Under the pieces are notes generated by a model. The model was not told the DNA's origin and made no database searches. It saw only the letters and a list, made by a program, of their open reading frames with translations. DNA of 64,000 bases, from assembly GCA_963796275.1 (NCBI GenBank), contig CAWCKY010000006.1, forward strand, positions 2,870,899 to 2,934,898, given 5' to 3'. Below are positions 21,862 through 32,016 of this stretch, one piece after another. Each line of letters starts with the position of its first letter. Position 1 is the first letter of the stretch. Both the position numbers and the translations under genes were made by a program. Source of the stretch: an uncultured Acidobacteriota bacterium (GTDB lineage: Bacteria; Acidobacteriota; Blastocatellia; RBC074).

Positions 21862-23364
21862 ATGCGTACAGGCACCAAGCTGATTCTGTTTCTGACGGTG
21901 GCCGTAGGTATTGTGATGACGCTCGGCGGATACTACATACTGCGTCAGCGCGAGGCGATTCTGGAAACTGCAATGCGGAATGAGCTGCGGGCACATGCTG
22001 CTACATTGAAGATCGCGCTCGAGGACGCATATCGCAACGGACGCACTGGCGATGTGCAGCGACTGATCAACCGCTTGAGTGAGGACCCGAAGGTATACAG
22101 CGTGACACTCTTCGATGAGACCGGGCGATCGGTGATGTCATCCAATCCGCTGGCGGCTGATGAAGTTCGCAATCCTCCACAGGCTCAGCAGGTAATAGCA
22201 ACCAGTCAAACTGCAGAGATCGATTCGAATCAGTATCTGGTTTCGTTGATTGTTCCGATCCGCGTCGCCGAATCGCGGCGCGGGGCTTTTGAAATTACCC
22301 AGCCGAGGTCATTCATCAGAGCAGATTTCGCGCGCGCGCGGCGGGACATTGCCTTTGTCACGCTCGCGCTCTTTGCTGCCATTGTTCTGGTCGTGCTGGC
22401 TGTCATGCGCCGGAGTCTGTTGAGGCCGATCAACGAACTGCTGGGCGGCGCAGTCGCGATCGGGCATGGTGATCTTGAGTACCGTGTCATAGTGCCTGAG
22501 AGTGGTGGCGAACTGGCGCAGCTAGCACGAGAGTTCAATCGCATGGCTGACAGCCTGGAAGAGCAGATGCGCGCCGCATCGCGCGAGGCCGAAGGGCGGC
22601 TGGCGCTGGAACGCGAATTGCGACACAAAGAGCGGCTCGCATCGATCGGACGTTTGGCGGCAGGCATCGCGCACGAGATGGGAGCGCCGTTGAATGTCAT
22701 CAAGGGCCGCGTCGAGATATTGCAGCAGCGGCCTGATCTGCCGCAGGAGAGGCGAGATCGCAACCTGGATATCATCAACGCGCAAGCCGACGGAATCGCC
22801 CGGATAGTGCGCCAATTGCTGACTCTCGCGCGGCCATTCAATCTGAGGCGGGAAGTCCTGGACCCGGCGCAATTGATCTCAGAAGTGCGTGAGCTGATCG
22901 AGCCGGAGGCGACCAAAGCCGGCCTTCGAATCGAAGTCGCGGCCGACGAACAGGCACGGATTGATGGTAACCGGGATTTGTTGCATCAAGTATTACTGAA
23001 CATTTGCCTTAATGGACTGCAGGCGATGGAAACAGGCGGGAGGCTGCGAATAGCGTTGCTGAATGAAGAGGTTATCAGGAATGATTGCCGCTTCGTGGCC
23101 TTGGGAATTTCAGACACCGGGCCAGGTATCTCTGCCGACAATCTGAATCACATCTTCGATCCATTCTTTACGACGAAAGATGTCGGGCAGGGATCGGGCC
23201 TCGGATTGGCCGTTTCGCATCGCATTGTTGAGGAACACGGCGGGTGGATTGAAGTCGGCAACCAACCAACGGGTGGTGCGGTCTTCACAATTTATCTGCC
23301 GAAAGTAGGCATCGACCAAGAATCTTCCGAGGAGTCATTCATGTCGTCTCGGACGGCGCCCTGA
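21862..23364 (+). CDS. membrane sensor histidine kinase (HAMP-HisKA-HATPase, NtrB/AtoS-like)
   Basis: Two TM segments, HAMP ([12 protein letters not shown]), H-box [39 protein letters not shown]. Confidence 0.92.
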   Translation: MRTGTKLILFLTVAVGIVMTLGGYYILRQREAILETAMRNELRAHAATLKIALEDAYRNGRTGDVQRLINRLSEDPKVYSVTLFDETGRSVMSSNPLAADEVRNPPQAQQVIATSQTAEIDSNQYLVSLIVPIRVAESRRGAFEITQPRSFIRADFARARRDIAFVTLALFAAIVLVVLAVMRRSLLRPINELLGGAVAIGHGDLEYRVIVPESGGELAQLAREFNRMADSLEEQMRAASREAEGRLALERELRHKERLASIGRLAAGIAHEMGAPLNVIKGRVEILQQRPDLPQERRDRNLDIINAQADGIARIVRQLLTLARPFNLRREVLDPAQLISEVRELIEPEATKAGLRIEVAADEQARIDGNRDLLHQVLLNICLNGLQAMETGGRLRIALLNEEVIRNDCRFVALGISDTGPGISADNLNHIFDPFFTTKDVGQGSGLGLAVSHRIVEEHGGWIEVGNQPTGGAVFTIYLPKVGIDQESSEESFMSSRTAP

Positions 23365-23464
23365 AACAATGAAAATCAGTTGGCAGTTATCAGTTCGTGA
23401 GCATTGTTGTCACAGTTTAAGAAAACTTCCTACTGCTTATTGCTTCGAGGGGGAGGACTGCAAT

Positions 23465-24835
23465 ATGACCGCGCGGTTGTTGATCGCTGAAGACAACGCA
23501 GATATGCGTGAGTTTCTGCAGGAAGTCCTCGAGGACGCGGGCTACGACACGGTGCCGGCCAATGATGGGCGCGAGGCCCTTGCCTTGATCGAGCGAGCCG
23601 GCCAGATGATCGATCTCGTCATCACCGATGTCCAGATGCCTGGTGTGAAGGGGGATGAGCTGCTGGCTATTACGCGGGCGCGCCGCCCCGAAACGCCAGT
23701 CATCGTCATTACCGCGTTCGGTTCGGTCGAGCAGGCGGTGGAGATGGTGAAGAGAGGAGCCTTTCAATATCTGACAAAACCTTTCCCCTCAGGCGATCTT
23801 CTGCGCCTGATTGAAGAAGCGCTCGAACTCAGCGCTCCGCACCGCGAACAGGCGCGGCTACGGCGTGAATCGGCCGTAGCTCCGGCGAAGATCATCGGTG
23901 CGTCGCAGCCGATGCGACAATTGTTCGATCTGATATCGGTAGCGGCGCGGAATACCAGCACGGTCCTGATCACCGGCGAGTCGGGCACAGGCAAGGAGCT
24001 GGTGGGCAGGGCTATTCATGAGATGTCGGAGCGCAAGGGCGCATTCGTGCCGGTCAACTGTGCGGCGATCCCGGCCGATTTGATCGAGTCAGAGCTGTTC
24101 GGGCACACGGGCGGCGCCTTTACCGGAGCGAAGCAGGCGCGGTCTGGGCTCTTTGAGGCGGCTGACGGCGGTACGATCTTTCTTGATGAGATTGGCGAAT
24201 TGCCGATGGCAATGCAGCCGAAGATCCTGCGCGCGTTGCAGGATGGCGCTGTGCGCCGCGTCGGCGAGAACCATGAGCGCAGGATCGATGTACGCGTGAT
24301 CGCCGCGACCAACCGCAATCTGGAGCGAGACGTCAAAGATGGGCGTTTTCGTGAAGACCTTTATTGGCGGCTCAATGTCATTCTGATCAATGTGCCGCCG
24401 CTGCGAGAGCGCGCCTTCGATATCCCGCTGCTCATTGAACATTTCATCGCGAAGGCCTGCCAGAGCGCGGGTAAGCCCGTGCTCGGGGTTTCACCTGAAG
24501 CCCTTGCGTTATTGACGGCTTATCCATGGCCGGGCAATGTGCGTGAATTGGAAAATGCGATCGAACGTGCTGTTGCTTTCGCTCACGGGGCGACGGTGAC
24601 GCCTGAAGATCTGCCCAAACGAGTTCGCGACAGTGGTGGTGTGTCGGCGATTATCGCTCGTTCCAGTGAACAGAACCTCTCGCTGCGCGATCTTGAACGA
24701 GAATATATCTTCGAAATGCTGCGGCGCACGGGCGGAAATAAAAAGCGGGCGGCGGAAATGTTGGGGCTGGATCGCAAGACGCTTTATCGGAAGCTGGAAG
24801 AGTACCGCGCAGATGGCTATTGGCTGGAGTTGTAG
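23465..24835 (+). CDS. sigma54-dependent response regulator (NtrC/AtoC family enhancer-binding protein)
   Basis: Receiver (AEDN, ITDVQMP), Walker [15 protein letters not shown] loop, [15 protein letters not shown], Fis-type HTH; RBS GGGGGAGG. Confidence 0.95.
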   Translation: MTARLLIAEDNADMREFLQEVLEDAGYDTVPANDGREALALIERAGQMIDLVITDVQMPGVKGDELLAITRARRPETPVIVITAFGSVEQAVEMVKRGAFQYLTKPFPSGDLLRLIEEALELSAPHREQARLRRESAVAPAKIIGASQPMRQLFDLISVAARNTSTVLITGESGTGKELVGRAIHEMSERKGAFVPVNCAAIPADLIESELFGHTGGAFTGAKQARSGLFEAADGGTIFLDEIGELPMAMQPKILRALQDGAVRRVGENHERRIDVRVIAATNRNLERDVKDGRFREDLYWRLNVILINVPPLRERAFDIPLLIEHFIAKACQSAGKPVLGVSPEALALLTAYPWPGNVRELENAIERAVAFAHGATVTPEDLPKRVRDSGGVSAIIARSSEQNLSLRDLEREYIFEMLRRTGGNKKRAAEMLGLDRKTLYRKLEEYRADGYWLEL

Positions 24836-24977
24836 CTTTCTGCCTCACTATGAGGCGTACGACCACATCCCTAAAACTCCCACCTGGCAATTACTACCCC
24901 CAGCAACTGCGTTACGGCGAATCGCACGTTATTGCCTGAAGAGCTTCTCCTTAGCTTCATTGTGATCACCTAAATTG

Positions 24978-24992
24978 CGGCACGCTCATTGC
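24978..24992 (+). promoter_or_regulatory. sigma54 promoter for the GH15-mscS-htrA-like-antiporter operon
   Basis: CGGCAC-GCTCA-TTGC. Confidence 0.7.
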
Positions 24993-25040
24993 CCTGAGGA
25001 ACTTCGATCTATTGAGGGATCACGAATCTGGAGATGATCT

Positions 25041-25400
25041 GTGGCTTATCTGCCCATTGAAAACTATGGCATTATCGGCGATATGCACTCAGCTGCGCTT
25101 GTGGGCATAAATGCCTCAATCGACTGGTTATGCTTTCCACGATTCGATTCACCCAGCGTATTTGCTGCAATTCTGGACGATGAAAAGGGAGACCGGTTTG
25201 ACGTCTCGCCTGCCATCGAAGGAGTCAAGTCCAAACAGGTTTACTGGCCTGACACGAATGTGCTGGTGACGCGCTTTCTCTCTCCCGCAGGAATCGCTGA
25301 AGTGATTGACTATATGCCTGTAGGTGAACAAGCGTTCACACACTTGTCGTTGATCAGCGCTGCATTCACCCTGGACAGGGCGCTCGGAGCCAGCGATTGA
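25041..25400 (+). pseudogene. GH15 glucoamylase/trehalase-like gene with a large in-frame internal deletion
   Basis: N-terminus [16 protein letters not shown]...[15 protein letters not shown] joined directly to the family C-terminus [20 protein letters not shown]; only 119 aa against roughly 600 aa expected. Confidence 0.85.
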
Positions 25401-25423
25401 AGAACTGCGCAAGGAAATGAGAT

Positions 25424-26341
25424 ATGATTCTTCAACAATTCGAGTTGGAAAGCATAAGATCGATTTTCAATTATCCCATTCTCAGGGCTGGTAATACTCA
25501 GATCACGCTCTGGACGGTCGCCCAGTTTGTGATTCTACTGGTGCTGCTCTTCTTCTTAGCCAAGAAAGTCAGAGATCTTCTGGTCAAACGCATGCTGCCT
25601 AGAAGCAAACTGGATATCGGCGCGCAGCAGGCAGTAGCAGCGGTCACGCGTTATCTGGTGCTTTTTATCGGGCTGTTGGTGATCCTGCAAACAGTGGGCA
25701 TTGACTTAACAACGCTGAACGTGATCGCGGGGGCGGTCGGAATCGGCGTCGGATTCGGTCTACAGAACATCGCAAGCAACTTCATCAGCGGCTTGATTAT
25801 ACTCTTCGAGCGGCCCATCAAGATCGGCGACCGCATTGAAATCGGTGACATCGAAGGCGATGTGATCGAGATCGGCGCTCGAAGCACCACTGTTCTGACC
25901 AACGACAACATAACGATCATCGTCCCTAATTCCAAGTTTATCACCGAGAACGTTGTCAATTGGGAGCACCGTGATTCAAAGATCAGGTTCAAAATTCCAA
26001 TTGGTGTGGCTTATGGCAGCGATGCCAGGCTGGTAGAAAAAATTCTGCTCATGGTTGCTGAAGAAAACCCTGATGTCATGGATATCCCGCCTCCGGTTGT
26101 CCGCTTTCTTGAATTCGGTGAAAGCAGTCTGCTCTTTGAGTTGCGCGCCTGGAGCTCCACTCTTCTGCACCGCAAAGGGGTTCTGATCAACGCGTTAAAC
26201 TTCGCGATCTACGATAAATTTAAGGAACACGGCATTGAAATACCATTCCCACAACGTGATTTGCACATCCGCAGCGGTGCGCTGGAATTGAAGGGAGCAA
26301 TCCGGTCAACAAAAGGAGGGAGCGCAGATGAAGCTGCCTGA
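25424..26341 (+). CDS. mscS: small-conductance mechanosensitive channel
   Basis: GIGVGFGLQNIASNFISGLIILFERPIKIGD, IVPNSKF, GIEIPFPQRDLH. Confidence 0.92.
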   Translation: MILQQFELESIRSIFNYPILRAGNTQITLWTVAQFVILLVLLFFLAKKVRDLLVKRMLPRSKLDIGAQQAVAAVTRYLVLFIGLLVILQTVGIDLTTLNVIAGAVGIGVGFGLQNIASNFISGLIILFERPIKIGDRIEIGDIEGDVIEIGARSTTVLTNDNITIIVPNSKFITENVVNWEHRDSKIRFKIPIGVAYGSDARLVEKILLMVAEENPDVMDIPPPVVRFLEFGESSLLFELRAWSSTLLHRKGVLINALNFAIYDKFKEHGIEIPFPQRDLHIRSGALELKGAIRSTKGGSADEAA

Positions 26342-27794
26342 AAATTTCAAGCGGGTTAATAAGACGAAACCCTATCATATTGTAATCTTCCTTTCTGCGG
26401 CGCTGGTGCTGCTGATCGGCGGATTACTGCGTGGAGTAAGCCAGGATAAAAAGTCGATGCGATTTGAAGTCTCGACTCTTGAATCTTTACGGAAAGAGGT
26501 CGAGGGCGTGCAGACCGTGCTCAAAAAGAGCGAACTGGAGTCGATTGAACAAACAATCGACTCTGTCATCCAAAACGCGCTCCCAGCAGTCGTCGCTATC
26601 AGATCAGTTCAGGGATTACAACCTCCGCGCACAATCGCTGTATACAATGACTATCAGCTGTCACAGCCGGTTAGCAGGTCAACGGCCTTTGCCTCAGTCG
26701 CCTCCGGCCTAATAATCGACGGTGCAGGCCATATTCTGACATCAGATAAAGTCGCAGACGCCGGAGATCGATTCAATATTCTATTTGATGACGGCACACA
26801 ACAGCTTGCTGACCTCGTAGCCTTCGATCAGGCTGAACATCTGGCGGTACTGAAACTGAGTGAATCGAACGTGCCCATAAGATTGGCGGAATTTGAGGAG
26901 AAACCTTTACTGCAATCAGGCACCTGGTTGGTCAGACTTGCGCGCTCACCGACGGGCCAGCGGAGCGTATCGCTGGATATGATTTCGGTCGTCAGACGCG
27001 ATCCGTCGGGGCTCGAGACATTCCTTCTGGATTCCTCGATTGTTGCGGAACAGGATGGCTGCCCGGCGCTCAACCTCGAAGGCAAGATCATAGGAATCAA
27101 TTTCCGGCTACCTCAAGATAACGGCAGTCAAGGATCAGTGATTCCAATAGGCCATGCGTTGAATGTGGCGAACAGACTCTTAACTGAGAAGAAACCGCAG
27201 CCTCAGTCCTGGATCGGTCTAGAACTCCAGGAACTGAGTGAAGACCTGCGTGAATACTTTGCGGTCGAACAGGGCGCCCTCATTTCGCTGGTCAAATCCG
27301 ATAGCCCTGCGTTGCGAGCCGGACTGCGCGAGATGGACATGGTAGTTCGCTTCAACGATCAACCGGTTACGACAGCGAAACAATTGATCGAAATGATCAA
27401 TCAGACCTCGCCCGGCACACGCTTGAAACTGAATGTCCGGCGTAACGCGAAAGAACGCCTGTTTGAAGTTGAAACGCGCCCATACCAGAGTGTAACCGAT
27501 CAATCAACTCAGAAGGCGGATGATAGCGAGCAAATGCTGGTGCTGGAACTGGATCGTGATGTTTTGACAGCGGGTGTAAAGATCAAGGCCGTGCGGCCTG
27601 CCGCATTGGCAGCACGATTGGGATTACAAGCCGATGACGTCATCGTCACAGTCGATCGCCGGCTACTCGACAGCCAGGCAGATTTTCAACGCGTGCAGCA
27701 GAACAGGACGGCAAGCGATATGCAGCTCTGGCAGATCAGGCGAGGGGAGCAGATGTTCTTCCTGGCAGTGCGAGAGAGGGTGGTGGTGCTGTGA
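26328..27794 (+). CDS. HtrA/DegP-like protein with two PDZ domains, catalytic triad absent
   Basis: N-terminal TM; trypsin-like scaffold (SGLIIDGAGHILT, LAVLK, LNLEGKIIGIN); PDZ (WIGLELQEL, SPALRAGL); triad positions replaced. Confidence 0.8.
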   Translation: MKLPENFKRVNKTKPYHIVIFLSAALVLLIGGLLRGVSQDKKSMRFEVSTLESLRKEVEGVQTVLKKSELESIEQTIDSVIQNALPAVVAIRSVQGLQPPRTIAVYNDYQLSQPVSRSTAFASVASGLIIDGAGHILTSDKVADAGDRFNILFDDGTQQLADLVAFDQAEHLAVLKLSESNVPIRLAEFEEKPLLQSGTWLVRLARSPTGQRSVSLDMISVVRRDPSGLETFLLDSSIVAEQDGCPALNLEGKIIGINFRLPQDNGSQGSVIPIGHALNVANRLLTEKKPQPQSWIGLELQELSEDLREYFAVEQGALISLVKSDSPALRAGLREMDMVVRFNDQPVTTAKQLIEMINQTSPGTRLKLNVRRNAKERLFEVETRPYQSVTDQSTQKADDSEQMLVLELDRDVLTAGVKIKAVRPAALAARLGLQADDVIVTVDRRLLDSQADFQRVQQNRTASDMQLWQIRRGEQMFFLAVRERVVVL

Positions 27795-28999
27795 GCAACG
27801 TCCTGTTGGTCGGCCTAATCCTGGTTCTGGCGCTCGCTGGCGGGCATCTGGTCAAGTTCATTCGAGTGCCGGAAGTCGTCGGATATTTCCTTGTCGGTCT
27901 GTTTCTCGGCCCGTCGTTTTCGCAAGTACTGAGCGGCGAAACCGTGACCACTCTCGAATTCTTCAGCGAGATCGCGTTGGGCCTGATCCTGTTCAGCATC
28001 GGAGCAGTCTTCGAGTTTGAAAATCTGCAGAGAGTTGGCAAACGCACACTCCTGCTCATCCTCTACTTGATGGCCGGAACCGTATCGGCTGTCTTCATAA
28101 CCCTGCTTGCTCTCAATGGAAGCTGGCAGGTGGCGCTGCTGCTGGGCGTCATCGCGGTCGAGGTTTCGCCGATTGCGACAGTTCTGGTGATGCGGGAAGC
28201 AAACTCAAGAGGACAGCTGACCGATGCGGTGAACAACGTACTGGCGCTCAATAACGTCGGTTGTATCATCGTCTTCGGCGTGGCGACATTCGTTGTGAAG
28301 TTGTTCGACAGCACTGAAACCACGCCTTTGCTGGCGTCCTTGTTGGGCAGGGAATTCCTATTACTGTTTTGGAACATCATCGGTTCGGTCGCCCTGGGCA
28401 TCGTGCTGGGTTATGTACTGGCGATGTGGGGAAGACACGTAGAAGAGCATAGTGAGATTCTGATCCTGGTTTTGGGAATGATCCTGGTTGCCGTCGGGAC
28501 TTCGCACTGGCTTGGTCTCTCGTCATTGATTGCAACGATGACATTGGGCGCGGTGCTGATCAATCTGGAAAAGGAGAGCCGGCATCTCTTCGACGTGCTG
28601 GGCAAGACCGACCCGCCGCTTTACGCGATCTTCTTCGTACTGGCGGGGGCTCATCTGCAGCTTTCATCGCTGCTGCTGATTGGCGTGAGCGGCGTGGGCT
28701 ACACGCTGTCGCGCATTGCAGGCAAGATGGCCGGAGCCTGGTATGGGGCGAAAAAACTGGGCTATCCGGAAGTCATCAGCAAATATCTGGGTGTCACGCT
28801 CGTAGCGCACGCCGGCGTAGCAATCGGATTGGCGCTGCAGGTGCGCAGCATCTTTCCGAAGTATTCGGAAGTCATCGCTACTGTCATCCTCGGATCGGTT
28901 CTTATCAACGAGGTATTGGGTCCGGTGCTGACGAAGTTTGCTTTGACGAAGGCGGGCGAGACGCGGGTTGAACACATCGGCGCATTCGAAGAGATCTGA
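27791..28999 (+). CDS. cation:proton antiporter (CPA2 family)
   Basis: About 12 TM; PEVVGYFLVG, FFVLAGAHL, AGVAIGL; GTGA overlap with the upstream gene. Confidence 0.85.
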   Translation: MSNVLLVGLILVLALAGGHLVKFIRVPEVVGYFLVGLFLGPSFSQVLSGETVTTLEFFSEIALGLILFSIGAVFEFENLQRVGKRTLLLILYLMAGTVSAVFITLLALNGSWQVALLLGVIAVEVSPIATVLVMREANSRGQLTDAVNNVLALNNVGCIIVFGVATFVVKLFDSTETTPLLASLLGREFLLLFWNIIGSVALGIVLGYVLAMWGRHVEEHSEILILVLGMILVAVGTSHWLGLSSLIATMTLGAVLINLEKESRHLFDVLGKTDPPLYAIFFVLAGAHLQLSSLLLIGVSGVGYTLSRIAGKMAGAWYGAKKLGYPEVISKYLGVTLVAHAGVAIGLALQVRSIFPKYSEVIATVILGSVLINEVLGPVLTKFALTKAGETRVEHIGAFEEI

Positions 29000-29358
29000 A
29001 GCTCATATGAAAAGTCATGCAACCGACGCGCAGCTGGCATTGGATTTGATCCTTGCGATTCTGGCGCTCTGGCTTATCCCACATTTTTGGCCGCTAATCG
29101 TGCGATGATGCTCACAGAACATATTACAAATAGGCCTGCGATGCAGTAAGGGGCACTTGAGCTTGTATCATCATAATTATCGCTGTAGGGACAGGCAAAA
29201 GCGACTAACATCCAGGTGTGGTGATATGGGATGATATGGGACACAATTAGGGTATTCAGCCACACCAACATCCTCGTACTTGAGGGAGAACTTTTACAAG
29301 GGATAAACAATGTTCGTTTAGGTAGTACCAAAATTGAGGTTCGGAGAGCCATACTGAG

Positions 29359-29373
29359 TGGCACATTCATTGC
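29359..29373 (+). promoter_or_regulatory. sigma54 promoter upstream of a structured leader and cpoB
   Basis: TGGCAC-ATTCA-TTGC, exact consensus. Confidence 0.7.
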
Positions 29374-29716
29374 TGTATCTGGTAGTGGAAGGAAAATGCA
29401 GGGAGTCCTTCCTTAGTGAGGGCTTCAGCGGGGGTCGCGAAGTGAGTTTCCCAGGGTCCCCCAACGGCTTCGCTGCCTCCGCTGAACCACAGTCGCCAGC
29501 TGAAAATGTTGAGGATAAAACAGAGAGTGATTGTTGCTTATGGCGACAACCAGTAGAACTGCCTCATTGAAAATCATCATTTAACTCTTTTCATTGCCTC
29601 ATCCTTGGGTGCACGACCGCCGTGACGATTTCACATATATGAGAGGGCGGCGAAAAACCTCAGACGTTGTTTGAGAGAGTGAATGAAAATCATTGGTTTT
29701 TGTTTCTGAGGACTCA

Positions 29717-30562
29717 ATGGGCGCGAGACCACGATTCTTGATCACTTCTGCCGTTCTCTTTCTCACTTTCGTCTCACCGTCACTCCACGCTGGCAGCAGC
29801 GGTGACAAAGAGCAGAGGGAAAAGCTTGATCGCATGACGGTACAGCTAGAAGAGCTGAAGACTGAGATCATGATGCTAGGCGAACAGGTGGAGAGCTTGC
29901 GAGAAGTAATCAGGCGGACGGGCGGTGAACAGAGTACATTGATCATACAAATGCGCGATAACATCTCAGCCATTGGCAGGGCGCAATCCTCCGTATCGAC
30001 TAATAGCAGCGATATCCTGGGGCAACTGCACGCGACGGGTGAACGCATTACGGCCGCAAATGACCAGATAGAAGGGCTTTCAGAGGAGTTCACCAGACTT
30101 CAAAGGCTGATCGAAGAGACTCCCGAACAGCCGGCCTTCATGCAAGTCACGCCGGGTAACCCGGTCCAATTGTTCGCTGCAGCGTACAGTGATTATTCAC
30201 GCGGTAACTACGCGCTCTCATTCTCTGAATTCCAACAGTTCGTCGACACCTATCGTAGTTCGGATCTAGCCGATAACGCGCAATACTGGATCGGCGAGAT
30301 TTTCTTCGGACAGAAGATGTTTCAAGAATCACTCGACGCTTTCGCGCGCGTTGTCCATATTAGCCCGAAAGGAGATAAAGCGACCGCTGCGCTCTATAAG
30401 CGCGCGGTCGTGTTCGAAGAAATGGGACGGCGCGAGGATGCCGTGAAGCAACTTCAGGTGTTAATAAAAGTCTATCCAAATAGCTATGAGGCGAACCTCG
30501 CAAAGCGGCAATTACATCAGTGGAAGCAACCAGGTGATGCTACGAACTCAAATTGGAATTAG
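29717..30562 (+). CDS. cpoB: CpoB/YbgF-like coiled-coil TPR protein
   Basis: Signal peptide, long heptad coiled coil, TPR with LADNAQYWIGE and LIKVYPNSYEA. Confidence 0.75.
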   Translation: MGARPRFLITSAVLFLTFVSPSLHAGSSGDKEQREKLDRMTVQLEELKTEIMMLGEQVESLREVIRRTGGEQSTLIIQMRDNISAIGRAQSSVSTNSSDILGQLHATGERITAANDQIEGLSEEFTRLQRLIEETPEQPAFMQVTPGNPVQLFAAAYSDYSRGNYALSFSEFQQFVDTYRSSDLADNAQYWIGEIFFGQKMFQESLDAFARVVHISPKGDKATAALYKRAVVFEEMGRREDAVKQLQVLIKVYPNSYEANLAKRQLHQWKQPGDATNSNWN

Positions 30563-30751
30563 CCCCCGCTGCTTCCTAAAAGTGGTGGGTACAGCACAGC
30601 TCGCGGTAGCAGGATAAGATGGTGTCTGATTCCCATTGAAAATCCATGGGGATGATTCAAGGGAAAACAACCTGCTACCGCGAGCTGTGCTGTATCCTCC
30701 CTGGATTTCGCATAAAACCGATTGAGGCTGAAGAAACTTGCTCTTACTGAT

Positions 30752-30766
30752 TGGCACCGTCTTTGT
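30752..30766 (+). promoter_or_regulatory. sigma54-like promoter
   Basis: TGGCAC-CGTCT-TTGT ahead of the DUF4118 remnant. Confidence 0.45.
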
Positions 30767-30819
30767 GGATCACGGGCCAGATATGCAGGCCTGAGATACG
30801 GTTCGGAAGGAAATCACAT

Positions 30820-31135
30820 GTGTTGCGATTCGCGGGTTCCACGTTATCGGGCTATGGGATCACAATGCTCGCCGTTGCGCTCGCGCTGCTGATCGTGTTG
30901 CTGGTCAAGCCTCTGATTGGAGCGCACGTCGTTCCGGTATTCTTATTCGCGGTGATGGTGAGCGCCTGGTATGGTGGGGGTGGCGCAGGTTTGCTGGCTA
31001 CACTAAGCTCAGCTCTCCTCATCGGCTTCTTCTTTTACCTCCAGTCTTTTCGTTGATGATCGGGATTGCTAATGCGTTACGCTTAACCTTGTCTGTGGTA
31101 TTGGCATCGCTCATCAACCTGCTCTGCACGACCGT
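30820..31135 (+). pseudogene. DUF4118 membrane sensor-domain remnant (frameshifted and truncated)
   Basis: YGITMLAVALALL...FLFAVMVSAWYGGGGAGLLATLSS is the DUF4118 pattern; the last helix continues in another frame (ALRLTLSVVLASLINLL); no kinase domain follows. Confidence 0.6.
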
Positions 31136-31295
31136 CGCCCGTGATGCGTTGGAATGCTCGCTCTATTTTTACGACACCACAAAGAATCACAGCAGTCGCT
31201 GGCGTAGCATGAGTCTGTGCAGCAACCGTGCCAAAGCGGCGGCGCATAATCGACCGTCATGCCCTGGTTAGCCACGCGATCATAGATAGAATAAT

Positions 31296-31964
31296 ATGAT
31301 GGAACCAAAATTCATTCCGCTTACAACCTATCGGGAATACCCTCAGGAGGAGATGACGCGCCGCGCGACTAATTTTCTTGCCGAGATGCAACAGAGACGC
31401 ACCGTGCGTTATTTTTCCAGCCGACCTGTTCCGCGCGAGATCATCGAGAGTTGTCTGCTGGCTGCCGGCACGGCGCCGAGCGGCGCGAATCTACAGCCGT
31501 GGCATTTTGTCGTGGTGGGCGATCCTGGAATCAAGCGCCATATACGCGAGCCCGCAGAAAAGGAAGAGTATGAGTTTTATCATGGGCGAGCTCCGCAGGA
31601 ATGGCTCGATGCGCTGGCTCCGTTAGGTACGGATGAACAAAAGCCATACTTAGAAACAGCACCCTATTTGATTGTAGTCTTCGCTCAAAGCTACGGGTTG
31701 TTGCCGGATGGTCGGAAGGTGAAGCATTATTACGTCAGCGAGTCGGTAGGCATAGCTACCGGGATGCTGATTACGGCTATTCACCAGGTGGGGTTGGTCT
31801 CGCTGACGCACACTCCCAGCCCCATGGGTTTTTTGAACAAGATACTGGGGCGTCCGAGTCAGGAGAAGCCGTTTTTGATTCTGATAGTGGGCTATCCAGC
31901 GGAAGATGCAGTTGTGCCGGAAATCAGCAAAAAAACGTTGGATGATATCGCAACTTTTCTTTAG
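31296..31964 (+). CDS. nitroreductase-superfamily flavoprotein, iodotyrosine deiodinase (IYD)-like
   Basis: [23 protein letters not shown] lid ExxxY (EYEFY) and [25 protein letters not shown]. Confidence 0.85.
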   Translation: MMEPKFIPLTTYREYPQEEMTRRATNFLAEMQQRRTVRYFSSRPVPREIIESCLLAAGTAPSGANLQPWHFVVVGDPGIKRHIREPAEKEEYEFYHGRAPQEWLDALAPLGTDEQKPYLETAPYLIVVFAQSYGLLPDGRKVKHYYVSESVGIATGMLITAIHQVGLVSLTHTPSPMGFLNKILGRPSQEKPFLILIVGYPAEDAVVPEISKKTLDDIATFL

Positions 31965-32016
31965 TGTATTTGCAGCATCTGACTCTGCCCGAGGTAGATG
32001 ACTGAGGGGGCGAAAT

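Noticed and set aside
23377-23444. Short heptamer-like repeats (CAGTTGG CAGTTAT CAGTTCG) between the kinase and regulator genes
   Set aside because: Only three degenerate units with no spacers; not a CRISPR array and too weak to call
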